From Bacteroidales bacterium (GTDB lineage: Bacteria > Bacteroidota > Bacteroidia > Bacteroidales > UBA932): a stretch of DNA of 64,000 nt. Position 1 is the stretch's first letter, and every line of letters begins with the position of its first letter. The stretch lies in contig JAFXFS010000014.1 of the NCBI GenBank assembly GCA_017513445.1, positions 1,218 through 65,217 of the forward strand, in the 5' to 3' direction. Below are positions 47,507 to 57,557 of the stretch, piece after piece. The notes under the pieces were generated by a model that searched no databases, was not told the origin of the DNA, and saw only the letters and a program-made list of their open reading frames with translations. The translations under genes were made by a program, and so were the position numbers.

Positions 47507-48312
47507 CTGAGATAACCTCAATAAAGAATCCTAAAATAAAAGGAGTACTTGCTCTCTGCGAAAAGTCAAAACTTCGCAAAGAGCAAGGTTTGTTTGTGGC
47601 TGAAGGTATCCGTGAAGTCAAACACTGTATAGAGGGTAATTATCATATACAAAGCTTATTTTATTGTCCTCAAATCATTGATAATAAATCAATTAGAGAG
47701 ATTATTGAACTTTTGGGAGTTAGCGCACCAAATGAGATTTTTACAATATCAAATGATATATACTCTAAAATAGCATATCGCGAAAGTACTGAGGGTATAA
47801 TAGCAATTGTAGAGGAGAAATCTCACAAACTGGATGAGATAAAACTTAGCGAAAATCCCTTAGTCATAGTTATCGAAGCAGTTGAGAAGCCGGGAAACAT
47901 AGGAGCAATTCTTCGTACAGCAGATGCTTGTGGTGCAGATGCACTTATTGTCTGTCAACCATTGACAGATCTCTATAATCCAAATATAATACGATCGAGT
48001 TTAGGTGGAGTTTTCACAGTCCCTATTGCGGTATGCAGCAACGAAGATGCGGCTAAATGGCTGAAAGATAACAACATAAATATTTACACAGCTCAACTTC
48101 AAGATTCAAAATTGTATTATGATACAGATTTTGGTTCACCTTGTGCAATTGTGTTTGGAAGTGAATCGAAAGGTTTAACAAATTTCTGGAGAGAGATTTC
48201 TGACTCCAAAATTATTATCCCTATGCTCGGCAAGTTGGATTCACTAAACGTATCTGTCTCAGTATCAATTTTATGCTATGAGGCATTGCGTCAAAAAAGA
48301 GAGAAAAGATGA
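47497..48312 (+). CDS. TrmH/SpoU-family RNA 2'-O-methyltransferase
   Basis: 271 aa. SpoU motifs [27 protein letters not shown] and LNVSVSVSI. Overlaps lysS by 10 nt. Confidence 0.85.
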   Translation: MRITEITSIKNPKIKGVLALCEKSKLRKEQGLFVAEGIREVKHCIEGNYHIQSLFYCPQIIDNKSIREIIELLGVSAPNEIFTISNDIYSKIAYRESTEGIIAIVEEKSHKLDEIKLSENPLVIVIEAVEKPGNIGAILRTADACGADALIVCQPLTDLYNPNIIRSSLGGVFTVPIAVCSNEDAAKWLKDNNINIYTAQLQDSKLYYDTDFGSPCAIVFGSESKGLTNFWREISDSKIIIPMLGKLDSLNVSVSVSILCYEALRQKREKR

Positions 48313-49064
48313 AATTTGGTCTAATTGGTTACCCTATTGAACATAGTTTAAGTCCAAAACTTTTTGATGCAGCATACCAGAATGGAAAGGACTCTTATGA
48401 ACTTATTGAGGGCTCATCTTTCGAAGATGCCTTTGCAAGATTTTTAGAGGGATATGAGGGAATAAATGTGACAGCTCCATTCAAAGAACTTGCCTACCAA
48501 AGAGCTGATTCTGCTGATTCCATTTGCAAATTGATTGAGGCCTCAAATCTTCTTGTAAAGAAGGGAGATAGCATTGTCGCCCATAATAGTGACTATTGGG
48601 GCGTAAAATATCTATTAAGACTTAACACAATAGCTCAAGAGCATAAGAATTTGCTGGTAATAGGTTGTTCAGGTGCAGGAAAAGCAGCTGCTCTTGCGGC
48701 ACAGGATATGGGATTTAACTGTACAATTGCTAATCGAAACTACGAAAAGGCCAAAAGTTTTGTAAATAGAGATGGAATTGGAGAGATGAAGGCAATTCCA
48801 TTGGAAGGAATCGGCGATATTATTGATAGTCAAGATGTTATCATTTACGCAATACCTGTCGCTTTAGATATTTTCAAAAATTTTGATTTATCTGAAAAGA
48901 TAATTATCGAAGCAAATTACAGAAACCCATCTTTGGACAATATTATTTGCGAGGAGTATATAAATGGCAAGGAGTGGCTTATAGCACAAGCTATTACATC
49001 TTTTATGGTTTTTACTAAAAAAGAGCCAAATTATAAAAAAATGAGAGAGGTACTCTTTGGTTAA
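48309..49064 (+). CDS. aroE: shikimate dehydrogenase
   Basis: 251 aa with GLIGYPIEHSLSPKL, NVTAPFK and GCSGAGKAAA. ATGA overlap with the upstream gene. Confidence 0.8.
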   Translation: MKFGLIGYPIEHSLSPKLFDAAYQNGKDSYELIEGSSFEDAFARFLEGYEGINVTAPFKELAYQRADSADSICKLIEASNLLVKKGDSIVAHNSDYWGVKYLLRLNTIAQEHKNLLVIGCSGAGKAAALAAQDMGFNCTIANRNYEKAKSFVNRDGIGEMKAIPLEGIGDIIDSQDVIIYAIPVALDIFKNFDLSEKIIIEANYRNPSLDNIICEEYINGKEWLIAQAITSFMVFTKKEPNYKKMREVLFG

Positions 49065-49123
49065 AACTCTATTGCATTTGAGGAATTTAATTCATAATTT
49101 TGACAAAATTTAAAACTGAAAAT

Positions 49124-49597
49124 ATGGCACTTAACAAAGTATTATTGATTGGAAATGTTGGTAAAGATCCTGATGTGAGACATTTTGAAGGTGGTGGATC
49201 AGTAGCTAATTTCTCCTTAGCTACAACCGAACGTTACAAAGACAGAAATGGAGAGACTAAAGATGTTACAGAATGGCACAATATAGTATGTCGGAGACAA
49301 CTTGCTGATTTGGCTGAAAACTACATTAGAAAAGGTACACAAATCTATGTTGAAGGTAAACTTCGCACTCGTAGTTACGAATCGAATGGTGCTACAAGGT
49401 ATGTAACTGAAATTCAAGCTGATACCATCCAATTACTTGGCAGAAAGGGTGACAACCCAGCTTCTGTTGGAAGTGCATCAACTGGTTATTCTCAACCAGC
49501 TGCTCCAGCAACTCCTGCAGCTCCAAAGCCAGTATCTCAACCATTGGTTGCGCCAGAATCTATTGACATCAACATTGATGATGATCTACCATTCTAA
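49124..49597 (+). CDS. ssb: single-stranded DNA-binding protein
   Basis: The track ORF begins at a TTG (49100). The conserved start MALNKVLLIGNVGKDP is the ATG at 49124. OB fold, with the acidic tip DDDLPF. Confidence 0.9.
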   Translation: MALNKVLLIGNVGKDPDVRHFEGGGSVANFSLATTERYKDRNGETKDVTEWHNIVCRRQLADLAENYIRKGTQIYVEGKLRTRSYESNGATRYVTEIQADTIQLLGRKGDNPASVGSASTGYSQPAAPATPAAPKPVSQPLVAPESIDINIDDDLPF

Positions 49598-49643
49598 TTG
49601 GAGATTGAGATTTAGCTCAAAGAATTAAAAGCAAATAAGAGCT

Positions 49644-49688
49644 GAAAAAAACGGGGATGACAAATATACTTTTTTTGTCATCCCCGTT
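49644..49688 (-). terminator. intrinsic terminator (15-bp perfect hairpin) between convergent ssb and the MFS genes
   Basis: AACGGGGATGACAAA (49650-49664) pairs with TTTGTCATCCCCGTT (49674-49688). The T6 run follows on the minus strand (49649-49644). Confidence 0.7.
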
Positions 49689-49706
49689 CTATTATGTAAG
49701 TAATTC

Positions 49707-51089
49707 TTATGCCTTATTTGGCTTATCCAACTCTAATTGAGGATTTTTATCAGATGAGCGGGCAAGTAGCAATGAAATAATGATTGCAACGATTGCCAAT
49801 CCTATAAATAGATACTCTGCATCAACTGGAGAAGTTGTCTTCTCAACAATTTTACCAACTATTACAGGCACTATCATAAGTCCCATATTCTGAATCCAAT
49901 AGATCAATGAATAAGCTGTTCCCAAATTCTTTTCAGGAATAATCTTTGGAACACTTGGCCACATTGCAGCAGGTACTAACGAGTATCCAATACCCAAAAT
50001 AGCAATACCTGCATAACCAAAGAATTGGAAACTTGGGGCAAATGCAATAATCAAGTGAGCAACAAATACAAGGCAAGAACCTAAAATCATTAGTCTGGTA
50101 CCTCTACCTCTCCTATCCACTAATGTTCCGAAAAGAGGAGTAAAAATCATTGTACAGAACGGAATCATTGAGACCATCCAGGCAGCAATATCTCCACTGA
50201 TTTCAAATCGAGGAATAATGATAGATGTAGCAAATCTTCTGAATGAGATAATACAACAATAGAAGAATACACAAAGAAGTGCTACCAATATAAAATGTTT
50301 GTTACTCAACACCTTAAAGATATCTGAGAACTTGAATTGGTCATCCTTTAACTTTGCTTGAGATTCCACTTGTAACTCTTCCGATTTAATCTGCTTATCA
50401 ATTTTGCTATCAAAAAAGATAAATATAGCCCAGAAAACAATGGCAATAATCATCAACAACATACCAGCAACTGCCGGACGAGATGTCTCTGAATATGGAA
50501 TAAATGATTGTTCAATATTTACAATACGAGGTACTAGAACTAATGCGATAGCTGTACCTAGACGAGCCAACGCCAACTGAAGTCCCATCGCCAAAGCCAT
50601 TTCGTGCCCCTTAAACCATTTTGCAATGGAACGAGTGACAGCAACTCCTGCTATTTCACTTCCAAGTCCAAAAATTGCACATCCGGCATAAGCTAGAGTC
50701 AATGATGGTTTTGAGACGAACTGCGACATCCAAGTACTAAGGCCGCTTTGATTGAAACTTTCTGATATTGAATAAGTTACAAGCAATGCTCCACCTGCCA
50801 TCAATCCGACAAATAGAGAACCTGTAAACTTCACACCCCATTTATCCAACAACATTCCACAAATAATCAATCCTCCCCAAACACACAAGAATGAGTATGC
50901 TCCACCATAAAATCCATAATCACTTGAGCTCCAACCCAATGCTACCATTTCAGGGTTCTTGAATATTTGACTTATTGTTGAAAATATATCATCAAAAAAG
51001 TACGACGCAAACATTACAGATGAGAGCATAAGCAAAATTGCCCATCTCATCTTAGCTGAATCACTTAATAATTTCTTCTTAATATTCAT
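49707..51089 (-). CDS. MFS transporter (paralogue 2 of a tandem pair)
   Basis: 460 aa with ~12 TM segments. It shares KWFKGHEMALAMGLQLALARLG and LVPAAMWPSVPKII with the upstream paralogue. Confidence 0.75.
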   Translation of the reverse strand: MNIKKKLLSDSAKMRWAILLMLSSVMFASYFFDDIFSTISQIFKNPEMVALGWSSSDYGFYGGAYSFLCVWGGLIICGMLLDKWGVKFTGSLFVGLMAGGALLVTYSISESFNQSGLSTWMSQFVSKPSLTLAYAGCAIFGLGSEIAGVAVTRSIAKWFKGHEMALAMGLQLALARLGTAIALVLVPRIVNIEQSFIPYSETSRPAVAGMLLMIIAIVFWAIFIFFDSKIDKQIKSEELQVESQAKLKDDQFKFSDIFKVLSNKHFILVALLCVFFYCCIISFRRFATSIIIPRFEISGDIAAWMVSMIPFCTMIFTPLFGTLVDRRGRGTRLMILGSCLVFVAHLIIAFAPSFQFFGYAGIAILGIGYSLVPAAMWPSVPKIIPEKNLGTAYSLIYWIQNMGLMIVPVIVGKIVEKTTSPVDAEYLFIGLAIVAIIISLLLARSSDKNPQLELDKPNKA

Positions 51090-51101
51090 ACCACTACTCT
51101 T

Positions 51102-52454
51102 CTATTTTTCAATATTTGGTTTTTCCAATCCATAACCCTTTCTTTTATCCTCTACTTTCAACCACAACGAGAAGATAAATGCCAAAACACCAAATAGAGC
51201 AAATAGAATCATAGGCAGTGTATATCCACCTGTTGCCGCTAAAACTTTACCTATCATTAGCGGAACAAAGAACAATCCTATATTTTGAATCCAGAAAATC
51301 AAAGAGTATGCACTTCCCAAAACAACAGGATCGATAATCTTTGGAACACTTGGCCATAATGCTGCAGGCACCAAAGAGAACGATACTCCTAAAATTATGA
51401 TAATAAGAAGGGCAAACCATTTCTGTGGGTAAATAGGCAAAAGGAATGCAAATGAAAGGTGACAAGCAATCATAATCAATGCTCCCAGCATCAACATAGA
51501 TGCACCTTTACCCTTGTAATCAAGGAATGATCCAAGGAATGGAGTTAAAAGCATAGCCAAAATTGGGAACCATCTGATCAAGTCGGCTGCTTCAACAGTT
51601 GGGATCTGAAGTGTAACTTCGAGGAAGTTGGTTGCATATCTTTGGAATGGAAAGATTGCTGAATAGTACAAAACGCACAATAGAGCAACAATCCAAAACA
51701 TCTTGCTGCTGAAAATTTTCTTAATATCGCTAATCTTAAATTCCTCTTCTGATGAAGCTTCTTCTGATGCACCAACTTGTCTATCCAACTTCTTATCCAT
51801 TAGAGAGAATACAATGAAGTTGATAAGGCCAATGATCAACAAAACAGTACAAAATGCTAATGGAGCAATAACAGAACTGTCAAATTTATCTGCCAATCTT
51901 GGAGATAGAGACATTACTGCAAAAACACCCAAACGTGCAATAGCCATCTCCAATCCCATAGCTAAAGCCATCTCTTTACCTTTGAACCATTTAGCGATAG
52001 ATTTAGAGACTGTGATACCTGCCATTTCACATCCACAACCAAAAATCATAAAGCCGAGACAAGCCATTTTAGCATTTCCAGGAAGAGCTACCCACCAAGA
52101 GTTCAACCACTCACAGAAAGCTGTAGTCTGGAACCAGTCTGAGATACCTATAAATTTAATTGTTGCACCTAAAACCATCAATGATGCAGATAGATTACCT
52201 GTAAACCTGATACCACATTTATCAAGAATAATACCTGCTAAAATTAAAAAACCACACACATTTAAGATGTACTCTGATGCTGCGTAAGTTCCGAAAATGT
52301 CTGGCGACCATCCTCTCTGAGTCTCAATCAGTGATTGAAGAGGAGACATTACGTCCACAAACATATAGGCAAAGAACATCATAGATGCAATCAGAATAAG
52401 GGCAGCCCATCTGGCGATAAAGCTGTCATTGATCAATCTTTTTACCTTTTCCAT
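51102..52454 (-). CDS. MFS transporter (paralogue 1 of a tandem pair)
   Basis: 450 aa with ~12 TM segments, including KWFKGKEMALAMGLEMAIARLG and LVPAALWPSVPKII. Confidence 0.75.
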   Translation of the reverse strand: MEKVKRLINDSFIARWAALILIASMMFFAYMFVDVMSPLQSLIETQRGWSPDIFGTYAASEYILNVCGFLILAGIILDKCGIRFTGNLSASLMVLGATIKFIGISDWFQTTAFCEWLNSWWVALPGNAKMACLGFMIFGCGCEMAGITVSKSIAKWFKGKEMALAMGLEMAIARLGVFAVMSLSPRLADKFDSSVIAPLAFCTVLLIIGLINFIVFSLMDKKLDRQVGASEEASSEEEFKISDIKKIFSSKMFWIVALLCVLYYSAIFPFQRYATNFLEVTLQIPTVEAADLIRWFPILAMLLTPFLGSFLDYKGKGASMLMLGALIMIACHLSFAFLLPIYPQKWFALLIIIILGVSFSLVPAALWPSVPKIIDPVVLGSAYSLIFWIQNIGLFFVPLMIGKVLAATGGYTLPMILFALFGVLAFIFSLWLKVEDKRKGYGLEKPNIEK

Positions 52455-52626
52455 TTTATAAATTTATTAGTTAACAATATCCCAAAATAATAATCAAAGT
52501 TGCGAAAATACTCTTTTTTGTAGGATTCACCAAATTTGACTTTTTATTTTATTATATCAATATTAATTGCTACCTTAGCGCGTTGATTTGAATTTAAGGT
52601 TTTAAACCTGTTTATATAAAAATTAT

Positions 52627-53901
52627 ATGAAAGTAGATGTTGTTTTAGGTCTCCAATGGGGCGACGAAGGTAAAGGTAAAATTGTTGACGTTTTAGCTCA
52701 ACGTTATCCTATTGTTGCAAGATTTCAAGGTGGTCCGAATGCTGGTCACTCACTACATTTTGAAGGTACAAGTTTTGTTCTTCACACCATTCCGTCAGGT
52801 GTTTTCAGAAAGGGAACAGCCAATCTTATCGGTAATGGAGTTGTATTTGACCCAATTATTTTTAGAGAAGAGGCAGAGGCGATTGAAGCTTTGAATGTCC
52901 CAATCAGAGAGAGATTGGTTATTTCTAAAAAGGCTCACCTGATTGTCCCTACTCATAGAGTTCTTGATGCTGCATCTGAGAAATCAAAAGGCGCATCAAA
53001 AATTGGATCTACCCTTAAAGGCATTGGACCTACATATAAGGATAAAACAGGTCGTGAAGGGCTTAGAATTGGTGATATTCTAGCTGCAGATTTCCGTGAC
53101 AGATATGAAGCTCTAAAAGCTAAACATATCTCCCAAATCAATAATTTTGGATTTGAATTTAATATCGATGAGCAAGAGAAAGAGTGGTTTGATGCAATCG
53201 AGTATTTGAAGACATTTACTCTTGTTGATGGTGAATATTATATCAATCAAGCACTTGGTAAGAGCTTGCGAGTTCTTGCTGAGGGAGCTCAAGGTTCAAT
53301 GTTGGATGTTGACTTCGGTTCATATCCATTTGTAACATCTTCATCTACTTGTTGTGCCGGTGCCTGCATCGGTTTAGGAGTTGCTCCTAGTAAAATTGGT
53401 ACTGTTTCAGGTATTTTCAAAGCATACTGCACAAGAGTCGGTAGCGGTCCATTCCCTACTGAACTTCACGATGAAGTTGGCGAGGATTTGAGACAAAAGG
53501 GACACGAATTTGGTGCTACTACAGGTCGTCCACGCCGTACAGGTTGGTTAGATTTAGTTGCATTAAAATATGCAATAATGCTTAATGGTGTTGATGAACT
53601 TATTATGATGAAGGCAGATGTTCTTGATACATTTGAGACCATCAAAGTGGCAACAGCATACAAAGTTGATGGCGAGATTACAAATCAGGTTCCATACGAC
53701 ACTTACGCAACTGTTGAACCAATTTACAAAGAGTTTAAGGGTTGGAAGAAAGATCTTTCACAGATTAGAAAAGAGGAGGATCTACCATTTGAATTTATGA
53801 CCTACATTCGTTTTATCGAAGAGGAGGTTGGAGTTCCTGTCTCAATTATCTCTTTAGGCCCTGACAGAGAGGCAACAATCATTAGAGAAAAGATAGGTTG
53901 A
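52627..53901 (+). CDS. purA: adenylosuccinate synthase
   Basis: 424 aa with GLQWGDEGKGKIVD and GATTGRPRRTGWLD. Confidence 0.95.
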   Translation: MKVDVVLGLQWGDEGKGKIVDVLAQRYPIVARFQGGPNAGHSLHFEGTSFVLHTIPSGVFRKGTANLIGNGVVFDPIIFREEAEAIEALNVPIRERLVISKKAHLIVPTHRVLDAASEKSKGASKIGSTLKGIGPTYKDKTGREGLRIGDILAADFRDRYEALKAKHISQINNFGFEFNIDEQEKEWFDAIEYLKTFTLVDGEYYINQALGKSLRVLAEGAQGSMLDVDFGSYPFVTSSSTCCAGACIGLGVAPSKIGTVSGIFKAYCTRVGSGPFPTELHDEVGEDLRQKGHEFGATTGRPRRTGWLDLVALKYAIMLNGVDELIMMKADVLDTFETIKVATAYKVDGEITNQVPYDTYATVEPIYKEFKGWKKDLSQIRKEEDLPFEFMTYIRFIEEEVGVPVSIISLGPDREATIIREKIG

Positions 53902-55805
53902 AACTAATCGATTCAATAAAGAGTCCGAATGATATAAAAGATTTCTCTACCGAAAAGTTAATTGAACTTTGCAATGAGGTCAGAGAGTATCTTATCTATT
54001 GCTGTTCTCAAAATCCCGGACATTTAGGCGCAAGTTTAGGCACAGTCGAATTGACTGTTGCCTTGCACTATATTTTCAACACTCCTGATGATAAAATCGT
54101 GTGGGATGTAGGTCATCAAGCATATACCCATAAAATTTTAACCGGGAGAAAAGAGGATTTTCTCAAAAACAGGCAAAAAGATGGAATTAGTGGATTTCCA
54201 AAAATGTCTGAGAGTCAATATGATGCGTTTGGTACAGGGCACTCTTCCACATCTATTGCAGCTGCGTTAGGTATGGCCGTAGCCTCTGATATTAAGGGCG
54301 AGAAGAGATCGCATATTGCAGTGATTGGCGATGGAGCAATGACTGGAGGTCTTGCTTATGAGGGTTTGAATTATGCCGGATCTCTCAACAAGGATATCCT
54401 TATCATATTGAATGACAACCAGATATCAATTGACAACAATACCGGAGCACTCCATAATTACCTGCTTAAAATTACGACAAGCAAACAGTATAACGAATTT
54501 AAGAATCGTGTTTGGAACTCTTTAGGAAAGGGCTCTTTTAGAGAACAAATACAAAAGATTGTAAAGAATGCCAAGAGAACTATTCTTAAAACAAGTGAGA
54601 CTGGCTCCCTTTTTGACTCATTAGGATGTAGATATTTTGGACCAATTGATGGACATAATATAGAGCAACTTATATATGCTCTTAGTCGTTTAAAAGAGAT
54701 TCCTGGTCCAAAACTTCTTCACGTAGTCACAGTCAAAGGCAAAGGTTATAAACCTGCTGAATCAAATCAGACTATTTGGCACGCACCAGGTCTATTTGAT
54801 CCTGACACAGGAGAAAGAGTAGTTGGAGATAGTAATATTGCTCGATACCAAGATGTTTTTGGTGAGACAATGTGCGATTTATGCAAATTGAATGATAAAA
54901 TTGTAGGTATAACTCCTGCAATGGCAAGTGGTTGTGGAATGAATATACTTGCTGCCAAATATCCGGAAAAGGTATTTGACGTGGGCATAGCAGAACAATG
55001 TGCTGTAACATTCTCTGCAGGATTGGCATCTCAAGGAATGATTCCATATTGTAATATCTACTCATCTTTTATGCAAAGAAGCTACGATAATGCAATTCAC
55101 GATGCAGCTCTTCAGAGATTAAAGGTGATTTTCACATTGGACAGAGCGGGACTTGTTGGAGAAGATGGTGCCACTCATCAAGGCGCATTTGATATGTCGT
55201 CATTCAGACCTATTCCAAATGTTGTAATTGCATCTCCTCTAAATGAATTAGAGTTAAGAAATATGCTCTATAGTGCAATTGATGATGATTACAAAACTCC
55301 TATTATCAGATATCCGAGAGGTAAAGGGGTCGGAGTTAAATGGAAAGGAGAACCTTTTACAAAAATTGAAGTTGGTAAAGGAGAACTATTATATAAAGGT
55401 GTAGATGTTGCAATATTGTCTATTGGTCCTATCGGAAATAGAGTAAGTAAAGCTATTGAGATGCTTAAAGATGATGGATACTCTCCTACCCACTATAATA
55501 TGAGATTCCTCAAACCAATTGATGAAGAGATTCTACATAAAGTTTGTCAGGAGTATAAAGCAGTTGTTACAGTTGAGGATGGATCTGTAATTGGAGGACT
55601 GAAAAGTGCCGTTGCAGAATTTATGGCCGATAATGATTATGATCTAAAATTTGCATCATTTGGTATCCCTGATAAGTTTATAGAACAGGCATCTCAAGAT
55701 GAGCAATATGACATCTGTGGATATAACACTTCTAATATATATATAGGTGTAAAGGAAATTTTTGACTCTTTGATAACAAAAGAGAAAAAAAGTGAAAAAA
55801 AGTGA
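53898..55805 (+). CDS. dxs: 1-deoxy-D-xylulose-5-phosphate synthase
   Basis: 635 aa with GHLGASLG and the ThDP motif GDGAMTGG. It starts at a TTG overlapping the purA stop (TTGA). There is no in-frame ATG before the conserved N-terminal region. Confidence 0.9.
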   Translation: MKLIDSIKSPNDIKDFSTEKLIELCNEVREYLIYCCSQNPGHLGASLGTVELTVALHYIFNTPDDKIVWDVGHQAYTHKILTGRKEDFLKNRQKDGISGFPKMSESQYDAFGTGHSSTSIAAALGMAVASDIKGEKRSHIAVIGDGAMTGGLAYEGLNYAGSLNKDILIILNDNQISIDNNTGALHNYLLKITTSKQYNEFKNRVWNSLGKGSFREQIQKIVKNAKRTILKTSETGSLFDSLGCRYFGPIDGHNIEQLIYALSRLKEIPGPKLLHVVTVKGKGYKPAESNQTIWHAPGLFDPDTGERVVGDSNIARYQDVFGETMCDLCKLNDKIVGITPAMASGCGMNILAAKYPEKVFDVGIAEQCAVTFSAGLASQGMIPYCNIYSSFMQRSYDNAIHDAALQRLKVIFTLDRAGLVGEDGATHQGAFDMSSFRPIPNVVIASPLNELELRNMLYSAIDDDYKTPIIRYPRGKGVGVKWKGEPFTKIEVGKGELLYKGVDVAILSIGPIGNRVSKAIEMLKDDGYSPTHYNMRFLKPIDEEILHKVCQEYKAVVTVEDGSVIGGLKSAVAEFMADNDYDLKFASFGIPDKFIEQASQDEQYDICGYNTSNIYIGVKEIFDSLITKEKKSEKK

Positions 55806-55845
55806 AAATTTTTTTGAAAAACTTTTGCAGAATAAAAGAAAACAT

Positions 55846-55853
55846 CTATATTT
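55846..55853 (+). promoter_or_regulatory. candidate -7 box (TAtaTTTG) for the tRNA-tuf operon
   Basis: 46 nt upstream of the first tRNA. Confidence 0.45.
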
Positions 55854-55898
55854 GCATTCCCGTTGAGGGAACAACAAATCAAAGTTAGTTGAAATATT

Positions 55899-55972
55899 GC
55901 CGATGTAGCTCAGTTGGCCAGAGCAGCTGATTTGTAATCAGCTGGTCGGGGGTTCGAATCCCTCCATCGGCT
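55899..55972 (+). tRNA. tRNA-Thr (anticodon UGU)
   Basis: Cloverleaf folded by hand. Acceptor GCCGATG/CATCGGC, anticodon loop TTTGTAA, T-loop TTCGAAT. No encoded CCA. Confidence 0.9.
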
Positions 55973-55996
55973 CTATTTTGAAATCGTGAGAAAAAT

Positions 55997-56079
55997 GGGG
56001 AGATACCAAAGTGGCCAACTGGGGCAGACTGTAAATCTGCTGGCGCACGCCTTCGTAAGTTCGAATCTTGCTCTCCCCA
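55997..56079 (+). tRNA. tRNA-Tyr (anticodon GUA)
   Basis: Acceptor GGGGAGA/TCTCCCC, anticodon loop CTGTAAA, long variable arm, T-loop TTCGAAT. Confidence 0.9.
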
Positions 56080-56095
56080 CTTTTTTTTTGAATTG

Positions 56096-56131
56096 AAACC
56101 TAATTTATTGACAAATAATTTAGGTTTTTTT
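56096..56131 (+). terminator. terminator-like AT-rich hairpin plus T-run inside the tRNA cluster
   Basis: AAACCTAATTTATT-gaca-AATAATTTAGGTTT (13 of 14 pairs), followed by a T7 run that abuts tRNA-Gly. Confidence 0.4.
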
Positions 56132-56204
56132 GCGGAAGTAGCTCAGTCGGTAGAGCATCAGCCTTCCAAGCTGAGGGTCGCGGGTTCGAACCTCGTCTTC
56201 CGCT
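56132..56204 (+). tRNA. tRNA-Gly (anticodon UCC)
   Basis: Acceptor GCGGAAG/CTTCCGC, anticodon loop CTTCCAA, T-loop TTCGAAC. Confidence 0.9.
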
Positions 56205-56210
56205 CTAATG

Positions 56211-56282
56211 GCCAGTGTAGCTCAGGGGTAGAGCGCTTCCTTGGTAAGGAAGAGGTCATGAGTTCAAATCTCATCACCGGCT
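56211..56282 (+). tRNA. tRNA-Thr (anticodon GGU)
   Basis: Acceptor GCCAGTG/CACCGGC, anticodon loop TTGGTAA, T-loop TTCAAAT. Confidence 0.9.
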
Positions 56283-56321
56283 CGAAGTTAATTAGATAAC
56301 TCATTAAATACATATAATATT

Positions 56322-57509
56322 ATGGCAAAAGAAACTTTTAAGAGGGATAAGCCCCACGTAAACATTGGTACTATTGGCCACGTTGACCACGGTAAAACAA
56401 CTTTGACTGCCGCTATTACTACAGTTTTAGCAAAAGCTGGTTTGTCAGAACTTCGTTCATTCGACTCTATTGATAACGCTCCAGAAGAGAAAGAACGTGG
56501 TATCACTATTAACACTGCTCACGTAGAGTATCAAACAGCTACTCGTCACTACGCTCACGTTGACTGTCCAGGTCACGCCGACTACGTAAAGAACATGGTA
56601 ACTGGTGCTGCTCAAATGGACGGTGCAATTCTTGTTTGTGCTGCTACTGATGGTCCTATGCCTCAAACTCGTGAACACATCCTTCTAGCTCGTCAGGTAA
56701 ACGTTCCAAGAATCGTTGTTTTCTTGAACAAAGTTGATATCGTTGACGATCCAGAGATGGTTGATCTAGTTGAAATGGAAATCCGTGACCTTCTTTCATT
56801 CTACAACTTTGATGGTGACAACACTCCAGTTATCTGCGGTTCTGCACTAGGTGCTTTGAACGGTGATCCTAAGTGGGAAGCTAAAGTTATGGAATTGATG
56901 GATGCTGTTGATAGCTATATCGAACTTCCTCCACGTGACAACGAAAAACCATTCCTAATGCCAGTTGAGGATATCTTCTCAATCACTGGTCGTGGTACAG
57001 TTGCTACTGGTAGAATTGAAACAGGTGTTATTCACACAGGTGATGAAGTTCAAATCATTGGTCTTGGTGAAGAACCTAAAAAATCAGTTGTTACAGGTGT
57101 TGAAATGTTCCGTAAAATTCTTGACCAAGGTGAAGCTGGTGACAACGTAGGTCTATTGCTTCGTGGTATTGACAAGAAGGAAATTAAGAGAGGTCAAGTT
57201 ATCGCTCGTCCTAACACAATCACTCCTCACAAAACTTTCAAAGCTCAAATTTACGTTTTGAAGAAAGATGAAGGTGGTCGTCACACTCCATTCCGTAACA
57301 AATATCGTCCTCAATTCTTCATCCGTACACTTGACGTAACTGGTGAAATTTCTCTACCAGAAGGAGTTGAGATGGTAATGCCTGGTGATAACATTGAAAT
57401 CACTGTTAACTTGATTTACCCAGTTGCTGTTAACGAAGGTCTACAATTCGCTATCCGTGAAGGTGGTCGTACAGTAGGTGCTGGTCAGGTTATCGAACTA
57501 GTTGACTAA
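56322..57509 (+). CDS. tuf: elongation factor Tu
   Basis: 395 aa with [15 protein letters not shown] and NKVD. Confidence 0.98.
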   Translation: MAKETFKRDKPHVNIGTIGHVDHGKTTLTAAITTVLAKAGLSELRSFDSIDNAPEEKERGITINTAHVEYQTATRHYAHVDCPGHADYVKNMVTGAAQMDGAILVCAATDGPMPQTREHILLARQVNVPRIVVFLNKVDIVDDPEMVDLVEMEIRDLLSFYNFDGDNTPVICGSALGALNGDPKWEAKVMELMDAVDSYIELPPRDNEKPFLMPVEDIFSITGRGTVATGRIETGVIHTGDEVQIIGLGEEPKKSVVTGVEMFRKILDQGEAGDNVGLLLRGIDKKEIKRGQVIARPNTITPHKTFKAQIYVLKKDEGGRHTPFRNKYRPQFFIRTLDVTGEISLPEGVEMVMPGDNIEITVNLIYPVAVNEGLQFAIREGGRTVGAGQVIELVD

Positions 57510-57530
57510 TTATTAGATCAATATAACAAT

Positions 57531-57553
57531 TAAGGTGTCCTCGTGACACCTTA
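57531..57553 (+). other. 9-bp hairpin between tuf and tRNA-Trp (possible processing or attenuation site)
   Basis: TAAGGTGTC-ctcgt-GACACCTTA. No good T-run follows, and it ends 4 nt before the tRNA. Confidence 0.35.
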
Positions 57554-57557
57554 CTTT

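Noticed and set aside
51703-52287. 194-aa plus-strand ORF antisense to the first MFS gene
   Set aside because: It is unusually long for an AT-rich genome, so I looked twice. It lies wholly within a well-supported MFS gene, has no promoter box or plausible start context, and its sequence has no recognisable fold features. I treat it as a shadow ORF. Ribosome profiling could revisit this.
56093-56299. 68-aa ORF spanning tRNA-Gly and tRNA-Thr
   Set aside because: The sequence is fully explained by two canonical tRNA cloverleaves and the spacer hairpin.
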